A model generated the notes under the pieces. That model saw only the letters and a program-made list of their open reading frames with translations, was not told the DNA's origin and made no database searches. From Candidatus Hydrogenedentota bacterium (GTDB lineage Bacteria > Hydrogenedentota > Hydrogenedentia > Hydrogenedentales > SLHB01), in contig CAXXTH010000018.1 of assembly GCA_963668025.2 (NCBI GenBank), forward strand, positions 96,001-160,000: a stretch of 64,000 bases of DNA, given 5' to 3'. Made by a program: the position numbers and the translations under genes. Below, piece after piece: positions 21,030-31,068 of this stretch; position 1 is the first letter of the stretch; each line of letters begins with the position of its first letter.

Positions 21030-21155
21030 AAACTCTAAACTCTAAACTCTAAACTCTAAACTCTAAACTCTAAACTCTAAACTCTAAACTCTAAACTCTA
21101 AACTCTAAACTCTAAACTCTAAACCCTAAACCCTAAACCCTAAACCCTAAACCCT
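21030..21155. repeat. Heptamer tandem repeat: (AAACTCT)x13 then (AAACCCT)x5
   Basis: Read directly from the sequence; the last units overlap the stop codon of the ABC exporter. Confidence 0.98.
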
Positions 21156-23168
21156 ATTTCCCGCCTCGCCTATACCGAATTGCGTGTCATAAAGGCGGCG
21201 ATAAATGCCGCCATGGGCCAGTAATTCCTCATGGGTGCCTTGTTCCGCAATACGGCCGGCGTCCAGGACGATAATGCGGTCGGCACGCAATACCGTGGAT
21301 AAGCGATGGGCAATCACGATGGTTGTACGGCCTACTACAAACTCGTCCACTGCCCGCTGGATAGCCTGTTCGCTTTCCGAATCAAGGCTTGAAGTCGCTT
21401 CATCGAGAATCAGGATAGCGGGATCCTTGATGATCGCCCGGGCAATGGCGAGCCGTTGTCGCTGGCCGCCCGAAAGGCGGCCGCCGCATTCGCCGATAGA
21501 GGCGCCGTATCCGTTGGGCAACTGCATGATATATGCATCCGCATGCGCAGCCGACGCGGCTTCTCGAATACGCTCATCGGAATATCCGGCCCGTCCAAAA
21601 GCGATGTTATCGCGTACGGATTCATTGAACAGCATGGTGTCTTGCGTCACGATGCTGATTTGGGCGCGCAGACTTTTGAACGTAGCGTCGGAAATATCTA
21701 TGCCATCCATCTTGATGGTGCCGGATGTGGCGTCATAGAAGCGCGGCACGAGTTTCGCCATGGTGCTCTTGCCAGAACCGCTGAAACCGACTATGGCGAG
21801 CATTTCGCCTTTGCGAATGTTGAGATTGATGTTGGACAGCACCATGTCTTTTCCATTATAGGAAAACGAGACATTGTCAAAGCATAGGGATTCCTGCAGC
21901 GGGGAAATATCGATAGCGTTCGTTTTTTCCACCACATCCGGTTTGGCGTCTATGAATTCGAACACGCGCTCCGCGCTGGCCACGCTCCCCATGATGAGGT
22001 TATTCACGAGAGAGAGTTTTCGGACGGGATCTAGGATGAGCCCCAGCGAAAGGAACAGCATGGTGAGGTTGCCGACATCAAGGGTGCCGCGTTCGATACG
22101 ATACCCTACGCCTAGCGTGAAAACGATCACGCCCAGCATAAGAATCGTCTCGACCAGAGGGCCGACCGCGGCGTCGGCCTTGACCATTTTAACGAGATGC
22201 CTGCGCAGTTTGGAAAGCTCCGATTCGGCCCGCTTCTGCTCGTACTCTTCCATACAGAAGCCTTTTACAATCATGATGCCTTCAAACATTTCCTTCCCCA
22301 CGGAGGTAAGGGAGGCAATCTTCTCGAGGGAGCGCCGCATACTACGCTTCAGCTTCTGGCCTATTTTCACCAACACAAGAACCACCGGCGGCAGCACGCA
22401 CACACCAACCAGCGTAAGCATGTAATCCGAGTAAAACGCGATGATGAGCAAAAAAACGACTTTGAATGGCTCACGCGCCACTTTGAACACCGCTGCAAGC
22501 CCGCGATTCACCTGAAACACATCGTTGGTAAAACGGGCCAGTATCTCGCCGGTCGTATGGCGTTCAAAGAATAACAGGGAGCATTGCAGAATATTGGCGA
22601 ACATTTCTTTTTCTAGCCGCACGGCTACATCCGCCCCGATAGCCCCGGCAAAGTATTCCTGCAAATATCTTGCGACGCTGGCCAGTATAGTCATTATGAG
22701 GAGCAAGGCACAGGCCACTTTCAGCGATGTCATACTGTTGCCACGCAGAAAATCGACATAATCCCGCAGGCGCGCTTCCAATTCAGGCGCATTCTCCTGA
22801 AACACTTCCTGAACGGCTGGCGGCTCTGTTCGGGCGGGAAGAAACCGCAAAACCATATCGCTCACGAGTGGTTTCCCGAAAAATTTCTCGGCGTATGTAT
22901 CGGCATGTAGAATTTTGCCTGCAAACTGGCTGGTTTGTTTGTAGACATTTTCCTGCTTGCCATAGGCGATTTGCACTACGCTGCCTAAGCCCACAATCAT
23001 CCAAGAGAATGATAGGGCAACAATGAGTGCAAAAACGATGCTGATAGTCAGGCGGTATTTATAATAGAAGGCGTAACTCAACAGGCGGCTGTAGATTCGC
23101 CATGCGCTAACTCCCGGCTGCTTGGGATTATGGGACTCAATAACAGCTCCCGGCTTCAGATCAATCAT
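21147..23168 (-). CDS. ABC exporter, fused permease-ATPase (MsbA-like)
   Basis: TMD followed by GFSGSGKST, LSGGQRQRLAIARA, ILILDEATSSLD, IAHRLST. Confidence 0.93.
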   Translation of the reverse strand: MIDLKPGAVIESHNPKQPGVSAWRIYSRLLSYAFYYKYRLTISIVFALIVALSFSWMIVGLGSVVQIAYGKQENVYKQTSQFAGKILHADTYAEKFFGKPLVSDMVLRFLPARTEPPAVQEVFQENAPELEARLRDYVDFLRGNSMTSLKVACALLLIMTILASVARYLQEYFAGAIGADVAVRLEKEMFANILQCSLLFFERHTTGEILARFTNDVFQVNRGLAAVFKVAREPFKVVFLLIIAFYSDYMLTLVGVCVLPPVVLVLVKIGQKLKRSMRRSLEKIASLTSVGKEMFEGIMIVKGFCMEEYEQKRAESELSKLRRHLVKMVKADAAVGPLVETILMLGVIVFTLGVGYRIERGTLDVGNLTMLFLSLGLILDPVRKLSLVNNLIMGSVASAERVFEFIDAKPDVVEKTNAIDISPLQESLCFDNVSFSYNGKDMVLSNINLNIRKGEMLAIVGFSGSGKSTMAKLVPRFYDATSGTIKMDGIDISDATFKSLRAQISIVTQDTMLFNESVRDNIAFGRAGYSDERIREAASAAHADAYIMQLPNGYGASIGECGGRLSGGQRQRLAIARAIIKDPAILILDEATSSLDSESEQAIQRAVDEFVVGRTTIVIAHRLSTVLRADRIIVLDAGRIAEQGTHEELLAHGGIYRRLYDTQFGIGEAGNRV

Positions 23169-23333
23169 GCATACTCTCCCTAAAACAACCGTAACGCGTT
23201 ATGATGGCACACGTTCGGAAGACCAATCAATGCAACGTGTTAGGCGAAAATGAACCGGCGCATTCAGGATTTGGCGCACTCTGCCTGTATCAAGTACCGC
23301 GCTATCGATAGGGTGTTACAAAACCATTCTTCT

Positions 23334-24704
23334 TCAATGATTCACCGTGAAGGTGATATCGCCAGACTGGAGGATATTTTCCGCGTCCTGCGGGGGTGTT
23401 CCCGCATCATCTATACCGTTTCCGCCGACGCTATATATGGAATAACCGCCCTGATGGCGGCGGTACCGCAGGGGTGCGCCATCGAACGGATCGGCGGAAA
23501 CAGCTTCTTGATACTCCGGCGGGAGGGCATCCAACGCAAGGGGAACTGTTCCGAACGCAATCCGGTATCGCTCGACGGCAGTGGCGGCCTGCGCACAGTC
23601 AACCAAGGCCGCTACGTACGCAAAATCACTGTAACTACGTATAAAACTCGGAAATGTGCTTGTGAGGAGATAATGCAAGAATCGCGGCTTTCGCGTACGC
23701 ACCTCGTCCCATTCCCGCCGTACTTGCTCGAGGCCTTCATAAATAGGCAATTCCGTTGCGTCAATCAATGCGCTCATCCCGGTTTGGAATTCCACCAGGT
23801 TGGCCTGGGCAAAAAGAGGGGCTCGTCCATTTGTTACGGATGCATGCGACATAATGAAACAACGCTCTCCGACATATGCCCGGTATAAACCGTCTTGGAA
23901 CACAATCAGGCCCAGCGTTTTCTCTAATCTGGCCAAATCGGCTTCTTCGAGCGGGACGGCGTTCAGGACACGTTCAGCCGCTTGGCAGCCTATCCGGTAG
24001 ATATTGAGCCGGTTCAACTGGGCCAGCAAAGAAGGCTCCATTTCAAGTGAATGGCCCAGCGCGAATAGGTCACATAAACCGCTGGCGGCAATGGCGGCAT
24101 GGCCTTGATGCGCTTGGCTGATGGCGTCTAGGGCCAAGAGGCGGGCGGCGCACGAAGCGGAAGACAAATAGTCCAAAGATGCAGAAGCAGCATCCGGGGC
24201 AGTAGTATAATCAATAGGATACCGGCATGCCTCCATGGCTCCGGCATCATGAAGCAAGAGAATAGCCTCTTCGTTTTGGCTTAAAAAGACATCGAGGGCC
24301 TGCCGCATCGCATCCGGCAAAGGCTCATGCGCCGGAGGCATTTCGCCGTTTCCCACCAAAGGCAGTTGTTTGGCTTGTTCATCCGAAGGATTAGACATCA
24401 CTTCAAATGCGCGTAAATAGGCGGGAGCAGCATTATCGATATCCGGCACGCTGGGATACCACGTGTTCAGTTCAGCGAGCGTCATGGGTTCGCCCGCCTC
24501 CCGGATATGCGCCAAACTCTGTTCAAGCGCCCGGTTCTGCTGGAGGAGCAGCCATTGCACCCATGCGAAGGCGCATACGCCGAGAGCCAGCAGCGCCAGC
24601 GCTACTCCCCAGATCGCTTTTTTCAAGACCACATGCTCCCGCGCCTCATCTTCTCGATCAAACGAATGCGTTCGAGCCAAAAACCAATGAAATAACCTTG
24701 TCAT
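23334..24704 (-). CDS. Membrane-anchored hypothetical protein with a GspG-like C-terminal motif
   Basis: N-terminal TM helix; C-terminal DPFDGAPLRYRR...YSIYSVGGNGIDDAG. Confidence 0.7.
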   Translation of the reverse strand: MTRLFHWFLARTHSFDREDEAREHVVLKKAIWGVALALLALGVCAFAWVQWLLLQQNRALEQSLAHIREAGEPMTLAELNTWYPSVPDIDNAAPAYLRAFEVMSNPSDEQAKQLPLVGNGEMPPAHEPLPDAMRQALDVFLSQNEEAILLLHDAGAMEACRYPIDYTTAPDAASASLDYLSSASCAARLLALDAISQAHQGHAAIAASGLCDLFALGHSLEMEPSLLAQLNRLNIYRIGCQAAERVLNAVPLEEADLARLEKTLGLIVFQDGLYRAYVGERCFIMSHASVTNGRAPLFAQANLVEFQTGMSALIDATELPIYEGLEQVRREWDEVRTRKPRFLHYLLTSTFPSFIRSYSDFAYVAALVDCAQAATAVERYRIAFGTVPLALDALPPEYQEAVSADPFDGAPLRYRRHQGGYSIYSVGGNGIDDAGTPPQDAENILQSGDITFTVNH

Positions 24705-25009
24705 TCGCCTCGCATACGCGCGCCGTTCTTATATGGTGTTCATTGCGATGGCAGCCTGTTTCATTGCAATGGGTCCCCTACCGGCATCCGCATCCATTGC
24801 ACTTAGGGGAAACCACACTGATGCGTAACAAAAACTCCCCCGCAATGTAACATTATAGAGTGTATGGATCCAATTCATCATGGACGGTGTGAGCATTCAT
24901 AGACACGCCGAAACAGAAAACCGAGGCGCTTCCATAGGCCTATTGAACAGGATGGCAGCCCGTTGCGATTCATGAGGACAGTTCCCCATTCGGAATAATA
25001 GGCGGGGTT

Positions 25010-25128
25010 AAAAAGACTATAAACAGCTCCAGCACGGGTCCAGGGATTACCCGTGCTGGAGCGCCAGCAGGTCGCTTTCTCCGGAAGAACACTATCCGCC
25101 GTCGAGCTGCCAAAACGACCACGAAGTT
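25010..25128 (-). ncRNA. Candidate small RNA or leader RNA ending in an intrinsic terminator
   Basis: Stem GGUCGUUUU/GAAAGCGACC, then a 14-bp hairpin (25026-25062) followed by UGUUUAUAGUCUUUUU; promoter-like element directly upstream. Confidence 0.4.
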
Positions 25129-25138
25129 ATCTTTATAT

Positions 25139-25154
25139 AGCAACTATTATACCG
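25139..25154 (-). promoter_or_regulatory. Putative sigma54 -24/-12 promoter (overlaps a TATAAT)
   Basis: Minus strand CGGTATAATAGTTGCT = GG-N10-GC with TTGC. Confidence 0.45.
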
Positions 25155-25253
25155 TATCGGCCACCGGCGGCCTACCTATTTTTTAATTATATGGTATGAA
25201 GCATGTTATGGAGAGTTTAACTTAAGCAAACCGTGTTTTTGTACAATTTTTGA

Positions 25254-25305
25254 TGTAACCGAATCCGCAATCGGTACACTGTTGTGTTCGCAATCAGAAC
25301 ACTGT
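25254..25305. promoter_or_regulatory. Tandem putative enhancer-binding-protein sites
   Basis: CGCAATCGGTACACTGT (25266-25282) and CGCAATCAGAACACTGT (25289-25305), 15/17 identical; includes palindrome GTGTTC-N7-GAACAC. Confidence 0.45.
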
Positions 25306-25307
25306 AT

Positions 25308-27149
25308 TTATGGCTTAATGTGGTATTTATTCATTTTCTGGTACAAGGTAGTACGTCCGATCTTCAGTATTTGCGACGCTTTACGGATATTGCCTTGGCA
25401 TAGGCGCAAGACATCTTCTATGTGGAGGCGTTCTACTTCGGCCATGCTCAGCATGCGCCCCGGATTCCCCGGCCCTGATACCTCTTCTTCAACGCCGATC
25501 CGGAGATCTTGCGGCTGGATCACGGAATCATGGGCGAGGCTAATGGCGCGCAGGATGCAGGTACGCAATTCCCGCACATTACCTGGCCAGGGATGGCTCG
25601 CAAGGATCTCCATGGCTGCGGGAGCAAATCCTTTGATGGGCCGCCCGGCAAGCTCTTGGCCCATTTCCACGAAATAGTGTGCAAGAATGGGAATATCGCT
25701 TGGGCGGGAACGCAACGAAGGCAGCCGTATCCCGAATCCATTCAATCGGTGGAAGAGGTCACTGCGGAAAGAGCCTTCCCGGACAGCGGTCTCGAGGCTT
25801 TTATTGGTGGCCGATACAATCCGGATATCGGAATGCTGTTCTTTATACCCGCCGATGGGCCGGTAAGTGCCATATTCGATGGCGCGCAAGATGCGGGCTT
25901 GATTATCGAGGCTCAGATCGCCCACTTCATCCAAAAAGAGCGTGCCGCTGTGGGCTTGGGCGAAAAGGCCGACATGATTCTCCCGTGCACCGGTAAAAGC
26001 TCCTTTAACATATCCGAAAAACTCACTTTCGAAGAGATCGCGGGGAGTTGCGGCGCAATTGACCACCATGAAGGGGCCGCTGTGGCGTGCGGATTGGATA
26101 TGGACCATCCGGGCGGCGAGTTCTTTTCCAGTGCCGGTCTCGCCTGAAAGCAGCACATTGAGGCCGGATTTGGCGGCTTGGCTGATTTCCTCCCTCACTT
26201 GCGCCATGGCGCGGCTTTCGCCCACCAGGCTAACGGACTCACCAGCGCGGGCGCGCAAACGTTCGTTGTCTCGCCGAAGCTGTTCGATGCTTTCCACCGC
26301 ATGGATAAATGGAGCCAAGGAACGGGTGACATAGCATAAAAACCGTAGATCCGACTCGAAATAGGCCCCATGAGGCGATTCGGTGTATAAAGCGGCTACG
26401 GCAATAGGATTATCCCCCAAGGAAATGGGGGCAATCATGGTGAATGCTTGCACTTTTCCGCCCTCTACATGGCGAAGGCGGTTGGAAATATAGCTTCGCT
26501 TGGCGCGGAGCGCATTGCGGATGTCATTAACTGGGGCGGGGCAGGATGGCGGGGCCGCACCTTCCTCATCATAAAATGAAAGGCAATCTACGCCATGTAC
26601 GCGGGCGATCCAGAGCGCAAGCGGTTTGAAGCGAACGCGCAAGCATTCCCGAAGCTGCTGAATCAGAGTGGTTATCGTGCCGCATAAGCTAAAACTCCGG
26701 CTAATTGCAAAGAGTTCCGCAAGCTCCTCGACCGTGCGCGGGCGGCTGTCTATTTCACTCGATATAAGTTCATTATCATAAAAAGGGCTTATGGCGTCCA
26801 TGGTATTGGTTTTGAACTCATAAGCCGAGTCTGCCGAAGACGCTTCGCGTTCGGCCAAGGAGGTGATTAGAAAGATTTCACGGCCAATGGCAATCTCATT
26901 TCCCGGCGCAAGGATAGCAGAGCGTGTAGGACGGCCGTTGATGAGTGTGGCGTTTCTAGCACCTAAATCATCGATGATGATGCCTGCATCCGCCTGGGAA
27001 ATCCGGCAATGGTGGCGTGAAGCGATAGGATCCGCCAGCTTTATGTCGCAATCGTGCTGCCTGCCCAAAACGAGGCCTTGCTTACTGATGGGCCAGGAAG
27101 CGCCTTTTAGAGGTCCAGTAAGGCAAATAATCTGATAATCAACCGGCAT
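25308..27149 (-). CDS. Sigma54-dependent transcriptional activator (FHA-GAF-AAA+-Fis HTH)
   Basis: FHA motifs GR...SRHH...DLG.RN; GETGTGKE, GAFTGA, LFLDEVG, WPGNVREL; C-terminal HTH. Confidence 0.95.
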   Translation of the reverse strand: MPVDYQIICLTGPLKGASWPISKQGLVLGRQHDCDIKLADPIASRHHCRISQADAGIIIDDLGARNATLINGRPTRSAILAPGNEIAIGREIFLITSLAEREASSADSAYEFKTNTMDAISPFYDNELISSEIDSRPRTVEELAELFAISRSFSLCGTITTLIQQLRECLRVRFKPLALWIARVHGVDCLSFYDEEGAAPPSCPAPVNDIRNALRAKRSYISNRLRHVEGGKVQAFTMIAPISLGDNPIAVAALYTESPHGAYFESDLRFLCYVTRSLAPFIHAVESIEQLRRDNERLRARAGESVSLVGESRAMAQVREEISQAAKSGLNVLLSGETGTGKELAARMVHIQSARHSGPFMVVNCAATPRDLFESEFFGYVKGAFTGARENHVGLFAQAHSGTLFLDEVGDLSLDNQARILRAIEYGTYRPIGGYKEQHSDIRIVSATNKSLETAVREGSFRSDLFHRLNGFGIRLPSLRSRPSDIPILAHYFVEMGQELAGRPIKGFAPAAMEILASHPWPGNVRELRTCILRAISLAHDSVIQPQDLRIGVEEEVSGPGNPGRMLSMAEVERLHIEDVLRLCQGNIRKASQILKIGRTTLYQKMNKYHIKP

Positions 27150-27405
27150 GATGATTCATCACTCGAGCTTTTTAACTCCTATCGGCACAGTGTGCCCATA
27201 TTCCGGGTATGCATGTGCAAAAAATGGTACAGGGATTTACCCTAGTGCTTGCGCACATAATAGCACACGAGCAGCGCGGGAAGCAGCATGAGGATGCAAG
27301 ACAATCGCATTAAAAAAAGCCGTGCTTTCCCCTCTCAGTAGAGTATTTGTGTTTGTTTTTCCAAACATATCTGAAACGCCATCCCCCACATTTCCGAAGG
27401 ATGAG

Positions 27406-27490
27406 CCACAAAAAGCGCAAAAGACATAAAAAGAATTGATTCTTGCGTCTTTTGTGCCTATCGAGGCCTATTTGGGATTATTTTTGGTGC
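27406..27490. repeat. Degenerate inverted pair of triplet repeats (CACAAAAAG type)
   Basis: CCACAAAAAGCGCAAAAGACATAAAAAG followed by TCTTTTGTGCC...TTTTTGGTG. Confidence 0.5.
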
Positions 27491-27553
27491 GATTGCCCTG
27501 CACGAGGATGCACGTGGAAAACCGTTACTCAAAACGAAAAAGGGAGTATCGCC

Positions 27554-28732
27554 TCAAGCTCTCGCTGCTTCCATCTCCCTCTTGCGCGGCACGAGGCTGG
27601 ATGCCGCGGAAACCAGGAATGCAAGAATAGTAGCAGCCAGAAACACTTTCTCGTAACCAAAGAGCACCCAAACTGTACCTGCTATAGCCGGTATAAACAT
27701 CGAAGCGATATGGTTTATGGAAACTCCCATGGCCAGAGTAGCCGTGATTTCTTCTGGAGAGTCCGCAATGCGGGACATATAAATCGAGCGGCCCCGGCCC
27801 AGCGCGAAAAGGAGGCTGTCCATGACGAAGCACGTGCAGGCCACCCATAAGGCGGCCGAGTCGGAGAAAACGGCCCGGGCATATCCGTACCCGAGGCAGA
27901 CCAAGGCGAGAGCAAGGCCATCACACACCAAAACCGCCCGCTCGCCGAACCAATCAATGGCCTGGCCAGCCAAAGGGCGGAAAACAACGCCAAGAATGGC
28001 GGCAAACATAAAAAGCTGGGCAATCTGATTGGCGGGCTCTTTATACACTTCGATAAGCACCCAAGGGCCAAAAGTGATGAATATCTGCTTCCGTGCGCCA
28101 AATAGGATTTCAAGGAGATAATACAGCCAGAATTTGCGACGGAAAGTAAGCCGGGGCCTGCGCCGGCCCAGCTCAGGCAGATGCATCATGCTATATGTCA
28201 ATGCACCCATGGCGGCCAAAACCGCCGCGCCCAGAAAAGCCCAATTGTATTGAGGATGTGTTTTGCTGAGGAATAGCCAGACCATGCCAGACCCTAAAAT
28301 CATGCCGGCATTTCCGACAAGGCCCATTTGTCCCATCCGCAAGCCCCGGTTGCCATGATGGCTCAGGCCTATGGCAATAGACTCGCCCACAGGCTGGAGC
28401 AGGTGCATGCCTGCGCTGGCCACAATCAAAACGGCTAACATGGGGCTGTAGGTTGTTCCCAAGAAAGCGAGCCCCGCGAGGCCTATGGCGTACATCGCCC
28501 CCCCGACAACGCCAAGGCGGGCCACGGAAAGCATGCATAAAACGCCCGCCATGGCCACCACCAGAAAACCAGGCAGTTCTCGGGGAATTTCGAGTACGCC
28601 GCGCGCTTCGGGCGATAAGCCAAACGTGTCTTTCAAGAAATTATTGAAAACGGATTCTTGAATGCCTCCCGCCATGGCGAATAAACATGTGGCGGCCAGA
28701 AAGAGTATGAGTTGGCGGCGTTGTTCAGGCAT
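27554..28732 (-). CDS. MFS transporter
   Basis: About 12 hydrophobic segments; EIPRELPG, GARKQIFITFGPW, GQAIDWFGER motifs. Confidence 0.9.
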   Translation of the reverse strand: MPEQRRQLILFLAATCLFAMAGGIQESVFNNFLKDTFGLSPEARGVLEIPRELPGFLVVAMAGVLCMLSVARLGVVGGAMYAIGLAGLAFLGTTYSPMLAVLIVASAGMHLLQPVGESIAIGLSHHGNRGLRMGQMGLVGNAGMILGSGMVWLFLSKTHPQYNWAFLGAAVLAAMGALTYSMMHLPELGRRRPRLTFRRKFWLYYLLEILFGARKQIFITFGPWVLIEVYKEPANQIAQLFMFAAILGVVFRPLAGQAIDWFGERAVLVCDGLALALVCLGYGYARAVFSDSAALWVACTCFVMDSLLFALGRGRSIYMSRIADSPEEITATLAMGVSINHIASMFIPAIAGTVWVLFGYEKVFLAATILAFLVSAASSLVPRKREMEAARA

Positions 28733-28827
28733 AATTAACCCCAATACCTATCAAATAAAGGTGGAAGTATGGATCAATAAGGGGCAGGGTTCAACATTCT
28801 GTTGGTTGAACCTAAATGTTTTTTTGT

Positions 28828-28968
28828 ACATGATTTACAAGATTAAACAAGATTTTTTTGATGTTGATTTCGCTGCCCCCAAAACGCGTTCGGGTGCTTC
28901 ATGGATTAGCTTTCAGATCCTTTGATTACCTTTACGATGTCCAATCTGGTTCATCTTGTAAATCATGT
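28828..28968. repeat. Inverted pair of ~9-nt-period triplet repeats (ACAAGATT type), MITE-like
   Basis: ACATGATTTACAAGATTAAACAAGATT (28828-28854) vs AATCTGGTTCATCTTGTAAATCATGT (28943-28968); 16-bp perfect complementarity. Confidence 0.75.
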
Positions 28969-29039
28969 CTAAAAAGGCTCTTGCTTCATTCCGCTAAAGT
29001 GCTACGAATCCACATGCTAAAGCTTTTCCGCAAAATCAC

Positions 29040-30317
29040 TTACTCATGCCGTAAAGCGTCAACCGGATCCATGTTGGCGGCGCGTAGAGCGGGATAGATG
29101 CCGAATACGACGCCGATGATGGCGCTGATCGAGAAGGCGATGAGCGGCGACCAGAAGGTAATGATGGTTTTCATTTCCGCAAAATGGGTGATCAAGATAG
29201 GTATGGCAAGGCCGAGGGCGACGCCGATGACGCCACCTGTGCCAGAAAGCAGAACGGTCTCGATGAGGAATTGGAATACGATATCGCGGCGTTTAGCCCC
29301 CAGAGCGCGGCGGATGCCTATCTCGCGGGTACGCTCGGTGACCGTGGCGAGCATGATATTCATGATGCCGATGCCCCCTACCAGGAGGCTGATGGCCGCT
29401 ACGGAGCCGAGGACGATATTAAAGAGGCGCTTAGTCTCTTCCGCTTGCTGCAAGAGCTTCAAAGGCACAATAATGTCGTAGTCGTGCTTTTTATGTTTTG
29501 CCGCAAGGATATCGCCAATGATGAGCGATGTATCGAGCACATCTTCTTGCCGGATGACTTGGATGGTGGCTTCATGCAATTCCACCACTTCAGCAGATAT
29601 ATTTCCGCTGCTCATCTTAACAATGGTTTCTCCGAAGCGGCTTTTTGCGGCGCTCAGCGGAATGTACATGCTGTTTGGGGCGCCTTTTGACTCTCCATCG
29701 GTAATTTGATCTGGTTTCTTAACAGCCTCACGCTTCGCGGCGGCAACACCAATCACTCGGTAATAGCTCGAATCAACGCGCACATCCCGCCCGATGGGAT
29801 CATCAATGGGGAAGAGCTGATTGGCCATACCCTCCTCGATGACGCATACATTACGCTTCGTATCGAGTTCATCTTCACTAAAAAACCGGCCTTTCAAGAT
29901 GCTGAGGTTGGATACTTCCGGATACCACGGCATCGTACCTTTTATGTCACAGTCGACGCGCCGGGAGGCGTTCCAGACATTGTTCCGTATAATACGCTGA
30001 GGGACCACCACTTCAATTCCTGGGATGGTGGATTTGATGCGTTGCACATCATTGTAGGTAATGCCATATTCCACGACAAAAGAACGTTCCGTGGAAACCG
30101 CCTGCTCTTCAGGGGGCTTAACGCTGCGGATAATGATATTGCTACTGCCAAGCTGCCGGATGCGCTCTTGCACTTCAAAGCTAAGCCCTTCGCCTATGGC
30201 CAGCATGGAAATGACGGAGCATACGCCAAACACGATGCCCAGGACCGTGAGCAGGGAACGAAGGCGGTGGACCCACAAGCTTTTAAGGCCGAGCACCAAA
30301 GCGCGTTTGAGGCGCAT
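29040..30317 (-). CDS. MacB/FtsX-family ABC permease
   Basis: RSLLTVLGIVFG, ISLLVGGIGIMNIMLATVTERTREIGIRRALGA, PALRAANMDPVDALRHE; start uncertain (ORF open to 30398). Confidence 0.95.
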   Translation of the reverse strand: MRLKRALVLGLKSLWVHRLRSLLTVLGIVFGVCSVISMLAIGEGLSFEVQERIRQLGSSNIIIRSVKPPEEQAVSTERSFVVEYGITYNDVQRIKSTIPGIEVVVPQRIIRNNVWNASRRVDCDIKGTMPWYPEVSNLSILKGRFFSEDELDTKRNVCVIEEGMANQLFPIDDPIGRDVRVDSSYYRVIGVAAAKREAVKKPDQITDGESKGAPNSMYIPLSAAKSRFGETIVKMSSGNISAEVVELHEATIQVIRQEDVLDTSLIIGDILAAKHKKHDYDIIVPLKLLQQAEETKRLFNIVLGSVAAISLLVGGIGIMNIMLATVTERTREIGIRRALGAKRRDIVFQFLIETVLLSGTGGVIGVALGLAIPILITHFAEMKTIITFWSPLIAFSISAIIGVVFGIYPALRAANMDPVDALRHE

Positions 30318-30366
30318 AGGCGAAAAGCCTAGCAAGCGATGAATAAAAGTGATGTCTATATGATGA

Positions 30367-31068
30367 TTATCGGCGTACATCAGCTTCGACCTGTCCATCG
30401 CGCAATCGAATTACACGCTGCGCCCGTTCCGTGATATCTTCCGCATGGGTAACCATGATGAGCGTCTTGCCTTGCTGATGGAGTTCGTCGAAAACGCCCA
30501 GAATCTCCGCGCCTGATACGCTATCGAGGTTTCCGGTCGGTTCGTCGGCCAAAATAATGAGGGGATCGTTCGCCATCGCGCGGGCGATGGCCACGCGCTG
30601 CTGCTGTCCGCCTGAGAGCTCGAACGGTTTATGATTCAAGCGTTCGGTGAGGCCTACGCGCTCCGCCAATTGCAGGGCGCGTTCGCGGCTGAGGGATTCC
30701 GGGCAGCCTTGATAATAAAGGGGCACTTCGATATTCTCGAGCACCGATAATTGCTGGATCAGGTTGTACGACTGGAAGATGAATCCAATACGGGCTCCTC
30801 GAATGGAGGACAAACTGTCATCATCAAGAATCGAGACATCCTCCCCGCCAAGCAGATATTTGCCCGACGTAGGCCGATCCAGGCATCCTAATACGTTGAG
30901 CAATGTCGATTTTCCGCAACCACTTGGCCCCATGATGGTGACATATTCGCCACGGCCAAAACGAATATCCACTCCACGGAGGGCCTCCACGAGAATGGCT
31001 CCCATCATGTAGGTTTTGTAGACGCCTTCAATCTCTACAATAGCGCCATTTTCCACTGTGGACGCCAT
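30367..31068 (-). CDS. ABC transporter ATP-binding protein (MacB/LolD-like)
   Basis: [34 protein letters not shown]. Confidence 0.96.
   Translation of the reverse strand: MASTVENGAIVEIEGVYKTYMMGAILVEALRGVDIRFGRGEYVTIMGPSGCGKSTLLNVLGCLDRPTSGKYLLGGEDVSILDDDSLSSIRGARIGFIFQSYNLIQQLSVLENIEVPLYYQGCPESLSRERALQLAERVGLTERLNHKPFELSGGQQQRVAIARAMANDPLIILADEPTGNLDSVSGAEILGVFDELHQQGKTLIMVTHAEDITERAQRVIRLRDGQVEADVRR

Noticed and set aside
21030-21155. Eukaryotic telomere contamination or linear chromosome end
   Set aside because: The tract is internal, continuous with bacterial sequence on both sides, forms a bacterial stop codon, and recurs at 37777.
25060-25128. ZTP (pfl) or c-di-GMP riboswitch
   Set aside because: The GGUCG...CGACC stem superficially resembles ZTP P1, but the GACUGGCG and CGCCUGGGC conserved blocks are absent. 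Kept only as an unclassified RNA candidate.
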